From assembly GCA_964016885.1 (NCBI GenBank), contig OZ024743.1:378014001-378078000 (forward strand): a DNA stretch of 64,000 bases, read 5' to 3'. This DNA is from Eledone cirrhosa (taxonomy: Eukaryota). How positions within the stretch are numbered: the stretch's first letter is position 1; each line of letters starts with the position of its first letter. Below are positions 1-12,916 of this stretch, piece after piece. Below the pieces are notes generated by a model, which saw nothing but the letters and a program-made list of their open reading frames with translations, did no database searches and was not told the origin of the DNA. Both the position numbers and the translations under genes were made by a program.

Positions 1-227
1 GTGCCATGATAGCAAGATGGGCCCCAGTCCCTCTTAGAGATCAGTGGCTCCAATTAAGTATTGACTTGATCTGTGACAGCCCATCCAACCCTTTCTAGCA
101 GGGGAAGTGAATATTAAATGATGGGGGTATGAAATGCAAAGTTGACCGTTGATATGTAGTCTATGAAATATTGCTGCCTGTATCAGTACAATTTATATCA
201 TACTTTTTGTTGTCTTTCTATTTGCAG

Positions 228-336
228 ACGAAGGAACCATTAGAGCAGGCTGTGAAATTCTTGAAACCTTTACAACAACTGGCACAAAATAGAATAGAAA
301 CGCATTTATTAGCTTATGAAATTTATTCCCGAAAAG
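228..336 (+). CDS. NAA15: NAA15/16 internal coding exon (TKEPLEQAVKFLKPLQQLAQNRIETHLLAYEIYSRK)
   Basis: Polypyrimidine tract and tttgcag acceptor, G|gtaatg donor. Translation resembles the remembered NAA15 segment PLEEAIKFL.PL...IETHL.AFEIY.RK. Upstream exons lie outside the window. Confidence 0.92.
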
Positions 337-566
337 GTAATGTAGTCATTTATTAGAGTTTTAAGTAAACAATTATTTACATGTGAAATATTACATTATT
401 ATATTATTGGTACAGATGATAGCAAAAAAAAAGGAGGTTCATTTTAGAGTGAAACGTCTATTTCAAATTTCATTTAAAAGAAATAGTATTATTTAGTTGT
501 TAAAAGAATAAAGGATTTAAATTAATAACCTTCATTTTTTTTAAAGCTCTATTACTTAACTCTTAA

Positions 567-1866
567 CCCTTTAGCATTCGCATTAATTTTCAAATGTCAT
601 GTTTATCTGTTCGCATTATTTTGATGGTGGATTGGCAGTATCGGTAGAGGGTCGGACGCCATGCTTTGACGCATTGAGTTACGGCCCTTGCCATTCTGAG
701 TTCAAATCCCGCCGAGGTTAACTTTGCCTTTCATCCTTACGGGGTCGATAAAATAAAGTACCAGTAATACACTGGGTAATTGCTGGCCTTGTGCCAAAGT
801 AGAAACAATTATTTTGATGGCGGTGGATTGGCAGTATCAAGAGGCCTTGCTTTCCAGCATAGTTACATCCCTTTACGATCTGAGTTCAAATCCCGCCGAG
901 GTTGACTTTGCCTTTCATCCTTACGGGGTTGATAAAATAAAGTACCAGTAATGCACTGGGTAATTGCTGGCCTTGTGCCTAAAGTAGAAACAATTATTTT
1001 GAGTTAATCATACTCAAGAGGGTTATCAATTTTATTTGTTTGTAATTTTCTTAATTTTCTATGTGCAGGCTTGAAATTTTGTCACTAGATGTTTAAATAT
1101 CAATAATTTACAATTATATAATTTTACCTGATTTTTTTTTGGTCAAATTTGACTTTTATGGGCAGATGAAATAAATTAATAAGGGCATTTGAAGTATCAA
1201 CCAGGTGCAAATACTGGTTTAATTTTAAATACGTTGTTTTCGGCATAATACTTATATATAAGGATCACCGAACATAATATTTATGGTAAAAAATGCTTGC
1301 ATTCCCGCAGCATCTGTCGGTCGCCAAACAGGTCGGGTTTTCCTCGATTTGAAATCTGTTGTTGGGCATATCGATTAATCCCTTCTGCCACAACTTCGAA
1401 GAAAGTTTGTGGGTAAAAACAAAAAGAAATAATCCAGTGCTTTAGCATCGGGAGCTAATGTGTGTTGTGGACCAGTATTTTTAATAAAATCAGGAACATA
1501 TATTGGTGTGGTATTTTTCAAAACAACAATCATCGTCGGATGAAATTTCAGAAATGTAAACATCTGATTCATTTGAAGATAAATCACTTCATTCTGAATG
1601 TCGTTGTGTGTAAAACCTTCAAAGTCGGTATCGCCACTTTCACAAGCCATGTTGATAAACAAAAAATCTGTTCTACTTTCAATGTTAAAAAAAACACATG
1701 TTGTTTTAAGTTGTTTCACTATATCAAGTGTTAATTTTCGTGGTGAAGGCCTAATTTCGCAGTAATCTCGAATTGACGAAATTTTGATGATGGTTTGTTT
1801 ATTTTTAGAACAATATTTTAGTGTGGGTGTTATCGGCCGGTTTCAGGCAGTTTGAACACTAAAGGG
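567..1866 (-). mobile_element. Internally deleted piggyBac-like DNA transposon in an NAA15 intron, with nested SINE dimer
   Basis: TTAA at 563-566 and 1867-1870 flanking inverted termini CCCTTTAG...CTAAAGGG. Minus-strand remnant of a transposase N-terminus: acidic SDTDFEGF start, then ALDYFFLF...INRYAQQ. Confidence 0.8.
626..995 (+). mobile_element. Head-to-tail dimer of tRNA-derived SINE family A
   Basis: A-box-like TGGCAGTATCGGT and B-box GAGTTCAAATCC. Conserved body gttaactttgcctttcatccttacggggtcgataaaataaagtacc (Deu/Nin-domain-like from memory). Ten or more copies in the window. Confidence 0.85.
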
Positions 1867-2222
1867 TTAATATCCTGTAATGATTGAGCTGTTTAGCTGA
1901 AAATGACAAAAAATTGATTTGTTAATTCCAGTGCTTATAGTATGATAGTGTTGTAAAAATTTGTAGTATTAAGAAAAATATTTTATTATTTAATGTGATG
2001 TAGTCAAACTGCTGTTTTGTACTTTTCAAGAATATCTTGCTAATGCAGTTTGATGTGGTACAGGACATTCAGTTAATGTTGCAACTCCATAAGCCCTAGT
2101 TATTTATCAAGTAGCAACTAGCCATTTTTTTGGTTTCTGCCTGCTCATATTTTGTCATAGTTTTTTTTTGTGTGATTTTAGAGTTTATTTTAATTTTTTA
2201 ATTTAATTTTTTTTTATTTCAG

Positions 2223-2321
2223 GAAAAGTGTTATTAATGTTACAATCTATAAAACGAGGACACAAATTAGATCCTAACCACTATCTTTTACATGTGTGTA
2301 AAATGAGGTTCTTGCAAACAG
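2223..2321 (+). CDS. NAA15: NAA15/16 coding exon (GKVLLMLQSIKRGHKLDPNHYLLHVCKMRFLQT)
   Basis: tttcag acceptor, G|gtaac donor, phase 1 at both ends as required. Resembles NAA15 K.LLMLQS.KR...D..H..LH.C..R. Confidence 0.92.
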
Positions 2322-2688
2322 GTAACAACTAAACTTTCATTCTCTAAGACAGCATTCATTAACTCTGTGAAATAAATAAAGTAGTTATTGAGAATATGCA
2401 AGCTTGTATATATATCCCTGTTTTTATGTTTTTAGAATAGGTTCACTGTATTCCTGTGAGTTAGATTGTATAAGGGGACTAAATGGGTTGGCATCTGTTT
2501 GTAAAACAATGCCTTAAAACATCCCATTCAACCCATGTCAGCAAGGAAAAGTGGATGTAAAAATAATAATGATGATTATGTGGCACTTTCTATTTGCTAT
2601 CTGCACATGTAGCTATATCATATTCATGGTGCGCGGTGGAGGCTGTAGAAATGATTTAATAGCATATTAAATATCAAATGATACATAT

Positions 2689-2897
2689 TCATCATCATCA
2701 TCATCATCATCGTTTAACGTCCATGTTCCACGTTTGGACGGGAGTTTTGCCACTTGAGGCAAGAGTGGTTGTCTTGCTCGCATAGGACTGTCTGGCGGGT
2801 TTTCTACAGCTGGATGCCCTTCCTAACACCAACCACATTTACAGTGTGGGGCTGGGAGGTTTTTACCGTGTTACCTACACGGCCACATTACAGTGTG
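2689..2897 (-). mobile_element. RTE 3' UTR/tail fragment with (GAT)n tail
   Basis: Near-identical to the 3' UTR of the RTE copy at 29768-29990; appears as (CAT)n on the + strand. Confidence 0.8.
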
Positions 2898-3869
2898 GAA
2901 TATATACATATGTATAAATATAGTAAAATAAAAAAAACAATGCTTATTTATACATAGTATATATTATTATTTATTACACATAAATTAACAATTTTATTTA
3001 TAATATATTATTTACAATTTAGGTGTAGGCAGGTCTCTCTGGAAATAGTTGAGGGCGCTGAGGGTATTACGTGGCTGTGACGGGGTGGGGTGGCCCCAAA
3101 AGTTTAAGAACCTTTGACCGAGTTGATGAGATTTTTTTCCTGGCTGAAAGATGCAAGTCTAAGAGAATTTAGGAGATTTTCAAACATGAACACCCTATTA
3201 GCTGGATGGTTATTGCCATTTCTTAAAATACTGTGGTTGATGGTAGAGAAGTAGACCAGTCAAAATCTAGAAGAGAAGAATGGGATTACATGGCAGTAAG
3301 TAGAACAGCATCTGTCGGTTGGTAGGTTATAGTTGGGAAACCTTTTCTATCAGTCCTCTGTAACACAAATTTGGGCAATTTGTCATGCACCGAGTATAAC
3401 ATGCTAACAATCATTTGAGGCCATCATGTATCATTATCACCATTCATTACAAAAGAAGAAGAAACAGCTAAAAGTACTCAATAGTTTTGTTAGACTGAAC
3501 ATCTTTAAAGAAAGGTTTACTACTGTCAGTCCAAATTATTTTGTATCTCTAATTTTTATAATGAGAAGTTGTTTTTTTAAACACATTAATGCTTCATATA
3601 TTTCAGTTTTAGTGTTTGCTTTTTTGCTCGAGAAAAATATTTAGCTGTACTCTTTAAAGGTTGTCATCAAATTTGGAAATAATCTTAATACTATAAATTA
3701 CTAATTACAGACCAAGTTGGAAAAGAAGATATAACCATCACATTTAAAATATATCCATTTTATATCATAGTGTTTATTTGACTTTCATATCACTTTTTCT
3801 ATTCTTGTAAGAATGGTATGGCTTTTAAAATTTCTTGTAGCATGTTTTATAGCCAAATATCATACTTTC

Positions 3870-4185
3870 TACTTCGCTCACTTATTCTTGAGAGGGTTGT
3901 GGGGACAGAATTCTCAAATACCCTTTCCAGCAAGTCATGTCAGAAGCAACCATCTCTAACTGATCCTGCTGGATCTTCAAGTCAGACCAGCCAAGCTCAT
4001 GGATGTTATCCAACCATCTTGCTCGGAGTCTACACCTGGGTCTCTTGCCAGTTGGTTTTGTCTGTAAAATTTGGCCGGTGATTCTTTCCTGAGACATTCT
4101 AACCACATGCCCATAGTATCGGAGCTGTGATCTTTCAATTCGAAGAAGTAGCGACTCTACCTGGAGTGGCTATGCTAGAAGCCAA
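3870..4185 (-). mobile_element. 5'-truncated RTE-type LINE 3' end
   Basis: YYGHVVRM...GKRPRCR.R.RWLDNI, the typical RTE ORF C-terminal motif. Confidence 0.75.
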
Positions 4186-4232
4186 TAGGACAAAACTGAA
4201 CAGTACAATTATTCTACATGTATCATAAGTAT

Positions 4233-4412
4233 TCGGCAGTATCGGTAGAGGGTCGGAGGCCATGCTTTGACGCATAGAGTTACGGCCCTTGCCATTCTGA
4301 GTTCAAATCCCGCCGAGGTTAACTTTGCTTTCATCCTTACGGGGTCGATAAAATAAAGTACCAGAAATGCACTGGGTAATTGCTGGCCTTGTGCCAAAAA
4401 GTAGAAACAATT
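4233..4412 (+). mobile_element. SINE family A
   Basis: Same sequence as 626-810. Confidence 0.85.
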
Positions 4413-4502
4413 AATGAAAAAAGACTAATTATAAAGTATTTATATATTATTTACAAATTTTATTTATCTATTTTTAAATGTTAATATTTTTTTAATTTAT
4501 AG

Positions 4503-4646
4503 TCAAGATGAAAACTCAATTGCCAGAAAGTATACAGACTGTTCTTGACCAAGAAATGCGGTTGATTTATGGCAACAAAGATGCAAAAACACTGAATGAA
4601 GAATTCTTAACCAAAAACAGCAAATCCATGCCCCATTTAGCATCAG
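4503..4646 (+). CDS. NAA15: NAA15/16 coding exon (VKMKTQLPESIQTVLDQEMRLIYGNKDAKTLNEEFLTKNSKSMPHLAS)
   Basis: ttatag acceptor, CAG|gtaaaa donor, 144 nt, frame continuous. Resembles TVL.QEM..L.G.....NE.FL..NS.S.PH. Confidence 0.9.
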
Positions 4647-5323
4647 GTAAAAACTTATTGTGATGCCAACACTAGTGAATTTACCTTGAATCGGTCCTGT
4701 ACTCACTACACTATGTTACTCCATTCATTCAAGGTAATGCGATCAAAAGGGTAAATAGAAAAGTGAGTAATGACCAGAGAGGGAAAAGGTTGACTTGGTG
4801 AGAGGTATAACAATACGATGTGAGAAACATAGGATTGTGGTGGGGTGAGGTGGCGAGATAGTATTGTAGGGAATGAATAAAGAGAAATAGTAATGGGAAA
4901 AAGTGAAAGTATGATGGAAGAAAGTAATGTGAGAGTATGAGGGGAGGGACTGTAAAGGTGAAGAATTAGGGATAGTAATGGGAGAAGGAGTGAGAGTATG
5001 ATGGGAGGAACATTATAGAGCGATAATTTAAGAAAGGTAATGTAGAGGAGTGAATATGTAAAGGGAGTCAGTGATGAGGTAAGAGGGTGAGAGTGAGATG
5101 GGTGAAACTGAAAAGGTGGATGGGGGTAATTAAAAGAGACTAATGGGAGAAATTGTAGAGGTGATAATTATTATCCATTTTGTGATATAATAATTAACAA
5201 ATAAGCATAAAATTTAAATACAATTGAAAACATTTAAATTATGGGAAGAAATATGAATGAATGTATTTATGTCTCTGGAGTTTTCAAAATTGATTGTTTT
5301 GCTCTTTTGTCTAAATCCTTCAG

Positions 5324-5421
5324 GTGCTAGGATAATGTACGAACTTGACCCATCAACAAAAGAAAAAGCTGTTGCATTAGCAAGCTCTTTGTCAAATGAC
5401 CTTGAAGGTTGTACTTTGGAG
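5324..5421 (+). CDS. NAA15: NAA15/16 coding exon (GARIMYELDPSTKEKAVALASSLSNDLEGCTLE)
   Basis: ccttcag acceptor, GAG|gtaagt donor, phase 1 to phase 0. Resembles A....Y.LDPS....A..LA..L...L. Confidence 0.9.
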
Positions 5422-6319
5422 GTAAGTAATTGTTAAACATCTTTATATTCTCAGGTAAAATAACTGACAATCTACAACAGAAGCAAGCATATAACTCGTT
5501 ACAACATTAGACTAGTGGTTCCCCAACATTTTCACAACCAAGGGACCCATTTATTTAATCCTTCTTGATACTAAATTGCCTGAAACGGCCCCTTATTTTG
5601 TGATAGAAAATTAATTGTTTTAAAGTATTTATATTTGATTCAAATTCCACTAAGATCAACTTTGTCTTTTATCCTTTCATGGTCAATTTAAAAAAATATA
5701 TATATCAGTCTAGTACTGGGGTTGATTTTTTCCCCTCTGTATCTCTTTCTTCAACTTTCTCTTTTTATGAAAGAAATCAGGTATGTTCAGGCTTGGAGAG
5801 GCAATGAACTCCACCAGGTTTAAAATGCCTAAAGCATGCGTACCCTTACAACTCCATCAGGGGTTATGGGTACAAGGATGCATACATATTTATCTAAAAA
5901 CCAATCATAATAAAAGATTTTATTCTTCAAATTCTTGATTATTTTGGAACTTATTTTAAAATCATAGGTTTTCATTTGAAATAGGGTAATGAGTGTTGAA
6001 TGAATTTTTTTCTTCGAGCGCAGAGTTTTGTCTCAAAGCTCACAGAGCCCCAGAGGTTTGCAGTCTACATTCTAATACTGTAAATTTTCACAACCATTTG
6101 TACATTATTAAAGATACTAAAAAAATTTCAATTAACAAGATGGTGGTGCCCCAGCATGGCATCAACTTCTTTGCTGAAACACATAATAGAGTAAACTCAT
6201 TTTTAGTTATTTTCTATCAAATCATTACAGGGTGATCAATTACTGCATGGAAGAGTTATTTTAGCCATGTAAAAACACAAAAACTGCTAACTTTGCTTTA
6301 TATATATCATTATTTCTTG

Positions 6320-6501
6320 TGGATTGGCAGTATTGGTAGAGGGTTGGACGCCATGCTTTCCAGCATAGTTACGTCCCTTTATGATCTGAGTTCAAATCCC
6401 GCCGAGGTTGACTTTGCTTTTCATCCTTACGGGGTCGATAAAATAAAGTACCAGTAATGCACTGGGTAATTGCTGGCCTTGTGCCTAAAGTAGAAACAAT
6501 T
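6320..6501 (+). mobile_element. SINE family A
   Basis: Same sequence as 818-995. Confidence 0.85.
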
Positions 6502-6721
6502 ATTTCTTGGTGTCAAAATTTGTGTTGCACTGTTTGCTAAATGGCTAAAATGTCTCTTCCACACAGCAATTGTTTTAGTTTCAATACTTGGTCTCAGATC
6601 AAGGCAACTCTGACATTACAAGATCTTAAGAGTTAAATTTATCTTCAAATATGTTACATATTTGAAACATGATAAAGGGACTTTTATTTATTCGACAAAT
6701 TTCAATTCGGTTATATAATGT

Positions 6722-6950
6722 TTGCCGCTGACTACGAGGTTCCTCTCTTCAATGGCGGCTCGCCTAATAGAGGTAACTGGCGAATCTCGCAAGGGCGCTT
6801 GTCTGTTCCAGCGCATTAGCCTCGCCATCACCCGAAGCAACGCTGCGAGTGTGCTGGCTTACCTCAAAAGTCATTAGAGAGATCGTCCAGTACACCTTGC
6901 TGCTGTCTTTTGCTCTGGTGTTGGTTCGGTTGTTCACCTCTTCCTTTACA
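6722..6950 (+). mobile_element. 3' end of a CRE-like (RLE-type) non-LTR retrotransposon
   Basis: GC-rich island. 6722-6877 reads ...MAARLIEVTGESRKGACLFQRISLAITRSNAASVL...*, matching the L.QR.S.AI.R.NA.SV C-terminus of CRE-like elements. Confidence 0.65.
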
Positions 6951-7080
6951 TTTTCTTTACTGTTTTAAATGAGGATTTTTTTTTCTTTTTTTTTTCTAGT
7001 ACTGTTTGGTATTCCATCTTAAGTTTCCACACAGTTTTTTTTCTCTCTTCTTTTATTTAAACATTGCCTTTCTCCCTTCC

Positions 7081-8151
7081 CCCTTTAGCATTCACATTAA
7101 TTTGTCAAATGTCATGTTTATCTGTTCACATTATTTGCAGTTAATTGTACTCAAGAACATTATCAATTTTATTTGTTTGTAATTTTCTTAATTTTCTATG
7201 TTCAGATGCTTAAATATCAATAATTTACAATTATATAATTTACTAACTCATGCTAGCGTGGAACATCGATGTTAAACGAAGATGATGATGACAATTATAT
7301 AATTTTACCTGATTTTTTTTGGTTAAATTTGACTTTTATGGGCAGGTGAAATTAATTAATAGAGCCATTTAAAGTATCAACCAGGTGCAAATACTGGTTT
7401 AATTTTAAATACGTTGTTTTCGGAATAATACTTGATATATAAGGATCACTAAACCTTATATCAGTGCTCCAGTAATTCCACAGTCTTGGAAACTGTTTTA
7501 TACTGAACATATTTACGGTAAAAAATGCTTGCATTTCCGCAGCATCTGTCGGTCGCCAAACAGGTTGGGTTTTCCTCGATTTGAAATCTGTTGTTGGGCA
7601 TATCGATTAATCTCTTCTGCTATAACTTCGAATAAAGTTTGTGGTGAAAACAAAAGGAAATGATCCAGTGCTTTAGCATCGGGAGCTAATGTGTGTTGTA
7701 GACCAGTATTTTTAATAAAATCGGGAACATATATTGGGTGGTATTTTTCAACCACGTTGCTGTAATATTTTCAATGGCATCCTGGAGATCTCCTTTGTTT
7801 TCATTTTCAAAACAACAATCATCGTCGGATGAAATTTCAGAAATGTAAACATCTGATTCATTTGAAGATAAATCACTAATATTATCTTTTGTTTCTTCTT
7901 CATTCTGAATGTCGTCGTGTGTAAAACCTTCAAAGTCGGTATCGCTACTTTCACAAGCCATGTTGATACACAAAAAATCTGTTCTACTTTCAACGTTAAA
8001 AAAACACGTGTTGTTTCACTATATTAAGTGTTAATTTTCGTGGTAAGGGTCTAATCTCGCAGTAATCTCGAATTGACGAGATTTTGATGACAGTATTGTT
8101 TATTTTTAGAATGATATTTTAGTGTGGGTGTTATCGGGCGGTTTGAACACT
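7081..8151 (-). mobile_element. Second copy of the piggyBac-like element, right terminus clipped
   Basis: Colinear with 567-1866 and starts CCCTTTAGCATTCAC. Transposase N-terminal remnants in ORFs 7686-7973 and 7513-7755 (ALDHFLLF...IAEEINRYAQQ). Confidence 0.8.
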
Positions 8152-8244
8152 TACTTTTGTTATTTAATTTTTTTCCCTCTTTCTTTTTCTTTGAAACATT
8201 AGAAAGCTGAAAGGAAAGCAAATTTGTTCATATTTCATTCTTAT

Positions 8245-8292
<48 letters not shown>

Positions 8293-8953
8293 CAAATATA
8301 AACTAATCTAGACACACAATACATGCAATTACTTAGCTACGAAAATATGTTTAACACAAAACAACATCCATTACAAACAAAATCATCTACCAAATACTTC
8401 ATGTCTAGTCCACGAAAACCTGAAATTCTTAACCAAGAAATGAATCAAATCCACAATTAAATTACATTTAATTCTCATTACTCATAATCTCTTCTTATTT
8501 TTGTGGAAAATTGTTTGTAATTACATTTTTTTTTTCCTAAATAAAAAAACAAGCAAAAATAATAAATAAACAGTCAGAAAGCTTCCTAATGTTGGAGAGA
8601 ATTCTGTCTTGATTCCTCTCGCTATATTTGATATTGAAGCAATATGCTTCAGGTACTAGATCCTGAGACCATATGTTTTAAGCAAAGACAAGAGAACAAT
8701 GACTAGAATTTTAATCAACTAATAAAGGTGGATATAAAAGAACATGGTTGACATCCTGAAGCTATCTAATGTGGGTTTACCCCCCCCCCCCCCCGAAATC
8801 CTACCACACTCAATATGTTAGAAGCAGCAGTCAAATCTTCAGACCACACCCTAACATTTTAAAAACCAAAGGTCAGATTAGATACATTATACTTGAAAAG
8901 TCAAAGACAAATTATTAAGGGTGGGGAGTGTTCATAGTGAGAATAGCTTTGAT

Positions 8954-8999
<46 letters not shown>

Positions 9000-9617
9000 C
9001 CGGGTTCAATCAGGGGTAACCACAGTAAGTAAGGTACTCAATACATTGATATAAATTCATTCACACAGATTAAACTATAAAATGAAATAAATTCACATAA
9101 TTATTCATTAATCATTATGTCACTCACTCACCTTAAAAGTAACTTAAAACGACTGGCAAAAAACATTCTAAACTAGGTAAAGTGTTCATATTTATATTAA
9201 AACCTTTGATCATAATTTCATCTAAGAGATTTTTGCTAAGTAATGTTCCAAACACCAAAAGTTAATTTACTAAATTCCTAGAAATTTTTGATTCTTTTAA
9301 TTGAAACATTGACAGTGCATTTCATTAGAAGTGTGGTAACAAAAGGGTGTGTTAGAATTTTTTCAAATGATTAAGTGCCTTTATTTTAAGTTCTAAGATT
9401 GCTATTAAAGTATTTATATTTTTAATTTTTCAATGTTAATGAAGTCTTTTTTTTTTTTTTTTTTTTTCATAATTACAATATTGTTCTGACATTCTAAAAA
9501 CAATGTTTAAATTAGGTACCTTTCTTTATTTTAATTTCTAAGATTGTTATTAAAGTATTCATATTTTTAATTTTCCAATATTAATAAAAAAAAAAAATGT
9601 TTATCTTATAATTGCAG

Positions 9618-9797
9618 CATTGTTGTGATGTTCTGAAAACAATGTGCCGAGGTGAATTTGGTAAATTGGATAAAGAAATTCAGGATTACCAGCGTCAATG
9701 TCACAGCAGATTCTCTGTTGCATCAGCTTTCATTGTGCCTGTGTGTTCATCACAAACTACTAGTGAACAGATTGTCACCAATGGAGCTCCATCATAA
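9618..9797 (+). CDS. NAA15: NAA15/16 terminal coding exon (HCCDVLKTMCRGEFG...YQRQCHSRFSVASAF...NGAPS*)
   Basis: ttgcag acceptor in phase 0, TAA stop at 9795-9797. Resembles the NAA15 C-terminus C..VL.....G..G......Y...CH..F..A.AF. Confidence 0.88.
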   Translation, partial: HCCDVLKTMCRGEFGKLDKEIQDYQRQCHSRFSVASAFIVPVCSSQTTSEQIVTNGAPS

Positions 9798-12759
9798 AGC
9801 AACTTGTGTCCTAACTCTGCTGCTGCTGTTGCCACGCTGCCAACAATATTCAGCCAACCCAAAATGCCTGCCTGCTCAGACTCAGTTGTGTCCCCTCTCC
9901 CCTTTTGGTGGTTACTAACCATCATTATAAAATATTAACAACTTAATCTCTATTATGGCAACTATTATGTTGAAGTACAATAGAGAGCAGCTACTTGTTT
10001 GTGCACACTGTCATCTTTCTATGTCATAGAAAGCTTTTTATCAAATGAAGTTGAGTTTTGATACAAGGCAGGGATATAAGGATTGACTGTTTTTAATTTA
10101 TCCAGACTCCACTCTTTTGTGATAAAAATCTAGGTCAAAAGCATTACCCCCCCCACCCTTTGCCATTTTGCTGATTGTGCTGAGTTGACCACCAGTTTAG
10201 CATGTGGTGTGCTAAAATAGTTTTCTTCTTTAGATTGCTTCATTATTTGGATTATTTTTAGTTTTATTATTATTAATTATTACTGTTATTATTATAATTA
10301 TTATCATCATCATCATCATAGTAGTAGTCCTCTGCCATGTTTCTGCAGACTTCTACTATATTTTAAAAAATTTATCCACCAAAAAAACAGCTATGTTAAG
10401 GAAGCAACAAATGAATAACATTTTTTTAAAAAAGAAGTAATTAGTTGTAAGTTTGTATTGTAAGAAATATTTTGATAAAAAAATAGTATTACGAAGAATG
10501 TGCTCTTACACAAATGCAGTCATGTAAACAAATTACATACTTCATAAACTAAAAACTTACAGTTTACTGCAGCTTTCTTCACTTAAAAACACTATATTTT
10601 GATGTAGTTTATTAAATTTCGGTTGTCTGATTTTGTAAAGAGTGCAATATTGGACAAACCATACAGTTTCAATATCTTAGAGTGGTATAAACCATAAGAT
10701 CTTGTCAATTTTTTTCTTCTTATTCCTTTGGGGGGGGAAAAAGGTGGAAAGTGTGTCATGAAATGGATATTTTTGCCTTTTTTTTCCATTTTTATTAATG
10801 AGTGCAGCTTTGATAATTTAAAAAAATTATTTAGGTAATAATAAGTACTCTTCCCTCTGATGTGTTGGCAAATGGAAAACTATGAAGGGAGGTATGAACA
10901 AACACATGTATGCGTGTGTGCACATATGCACATGCATTCATATGCATGCATATATATATATACACAGAAAAATAAAATACAATGATCTCCATTGTCTTGG
11001 GATTAAAAAAAAACTTTTTTATTGTTTTGATGGTTGATAGTGTTTTGAAATATAACAGTAAATGCTTTCCTCATTATGATTTAACAGGAGAGATGCTAAA
11101 AAAAGTGATGAGAAAAAGAAAAGATGATGTAGCCATTAAAATGGTTTTTCAAAGTCACAAAAAAGCAAAAATGACACTAATTTTATTTCTTTATTTAAGA
11201 TGCTCCAAGTTGTCATACATTGCCTTGTTATAGTGCTGTAAGTGCATTTTCTTTGTTTAAAGAATGCATTAAATCTTTTGTTTTAGGGTATTCTAAAATT
11301 AAAATAGGTTTGCTGTTGGATAAATCTTTTATTAAGGTTTCATCCATTGCCTGTTGAAGGAGACTTGATGTTTTCTTTCCTCCAAGAAAATCAGGGGGTG
11401 CCACCCAAAGATACTGTTACATATATTAATAATGAAACATTAGCTATGAAGGAAGACTATTGATATAAATCTAAAGATGATTTCACATTTGCAAGTATTT
11501 TGTTTCAAATAGAAGATTAATATATTAGAAAATATTTTTAATTTCATAACAAAAACATCTCTTTTTTCCTACAAATATAATATTCTATTGCATATATTCC
11601 TTCCTATCAACAAAACAGCTAATTTTATTTTACCTTACATGTTTTTGCCATAGATTTCATTACAATTAAAAACTATTTGAGCTACTTTTTATTCTCTTGT
11701 TTAGTTTAGATTTTTGTGTGGAATATTTTACTGATAATGCATATATATACATACATACACACCACACACACACATATAATACAATACACACATACACACA
11801 CATATATATATGTATATATGATGTGTGGGAATCACTGATCAGAAATTTCAAATAAATGAAATGTTTTCAAAATTTGATCAAATGTAATATGTTAAGAAAG
11901 GAATTTCTCTTAGATTTGAAACTTCATTACTAGATATTTACCAGAATATTCATTTTTGATTTGTGACAATCTTAATTTATGCATTATTTTAATTAGTTTT
12001 GAAAATTTGCAAATTAAGTGGCTTTTGTTCTCTTTTATCTACCTAACTACCTCTAGTTTAAATTTCTTGTGTTTGTAAATGATTTTACTTCCTTCGTATT
12101 AAATATGTTGACCCTTCTTCTGTTTAATATCTCCTTACTGGTCTTCAATGAGTTTCTATTCTCTGTAACCATTTTAAAGTGAAAATATTATGAACCACAT
12201 TGTAACTTTTGGTTAATGTCAACTAAAACTTGTAAATTCAATTAGTCTTGATTTTCTATACTTCTCATAAGTTTAACCACTACGATTAAACATTTTTTTT
12301 CTTCACTAAACCACCTTTATTTATTATTAGAAATAAATAGAAAATTGCAGACTGTTCACATTCATTTTCAGAGTTTGTGTAGATATTTTTATGAAAAGCC
12401 TGAAGTTATATCTTGATAGAAATATGTTTGTATTAGTAAGTCGGGTTATTGTTGTTGTTAGCCATTTATTTATCTGGTGTCTCATTTCCATTTTCATCAC
12501 AACCTTGACTACCTCTACTTGACATTTTATTTATTCACTAATTCAACCATATTTCTAAGGAAGGCCACTGCCTAGAATTTTCAAATAATTTTGAAAATAA
12601 TCAAGAATTTGGAGGAATTAAGTAATATAAACTAACCTTCTCATTACGTTGTTTGGAACATAAATTTACAAAGATCCTTACATAAAACTATGATGGAAGG
12701 TTTAAGTTTTTAGATAAACATAAACACTTTAACATTTACATTATTTACTATTGTATTTT

Positions 12760-12916
12760 AATGGTAAAGGCTTTATCTCACATAATATCGAATCTATGAG
12801 ATTTTGATATTTCTTTTGAGAACAATACCTTTATATTGGTATGGGCGGCCGGTTTGAAGAGAAAGAAGTGAGAGAATTTTGGCCAGATACGGCTGGTTTA
12901 AATGCTAAAGGGTTAA
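12760..12916 (-). mobile_element. Terminus of a second piggyBac-like family
   Basis: Ends aatgctaaaggg+TTAA; diverged reverse complement of 33345-33515. Confidence 0.6.

Noticed and set aside
9375-9590. ~70-bp direct repeat before the last NAA15 exon
   Set aside because: Small AT-rich local duplication with no duplicated acceptor or exon.
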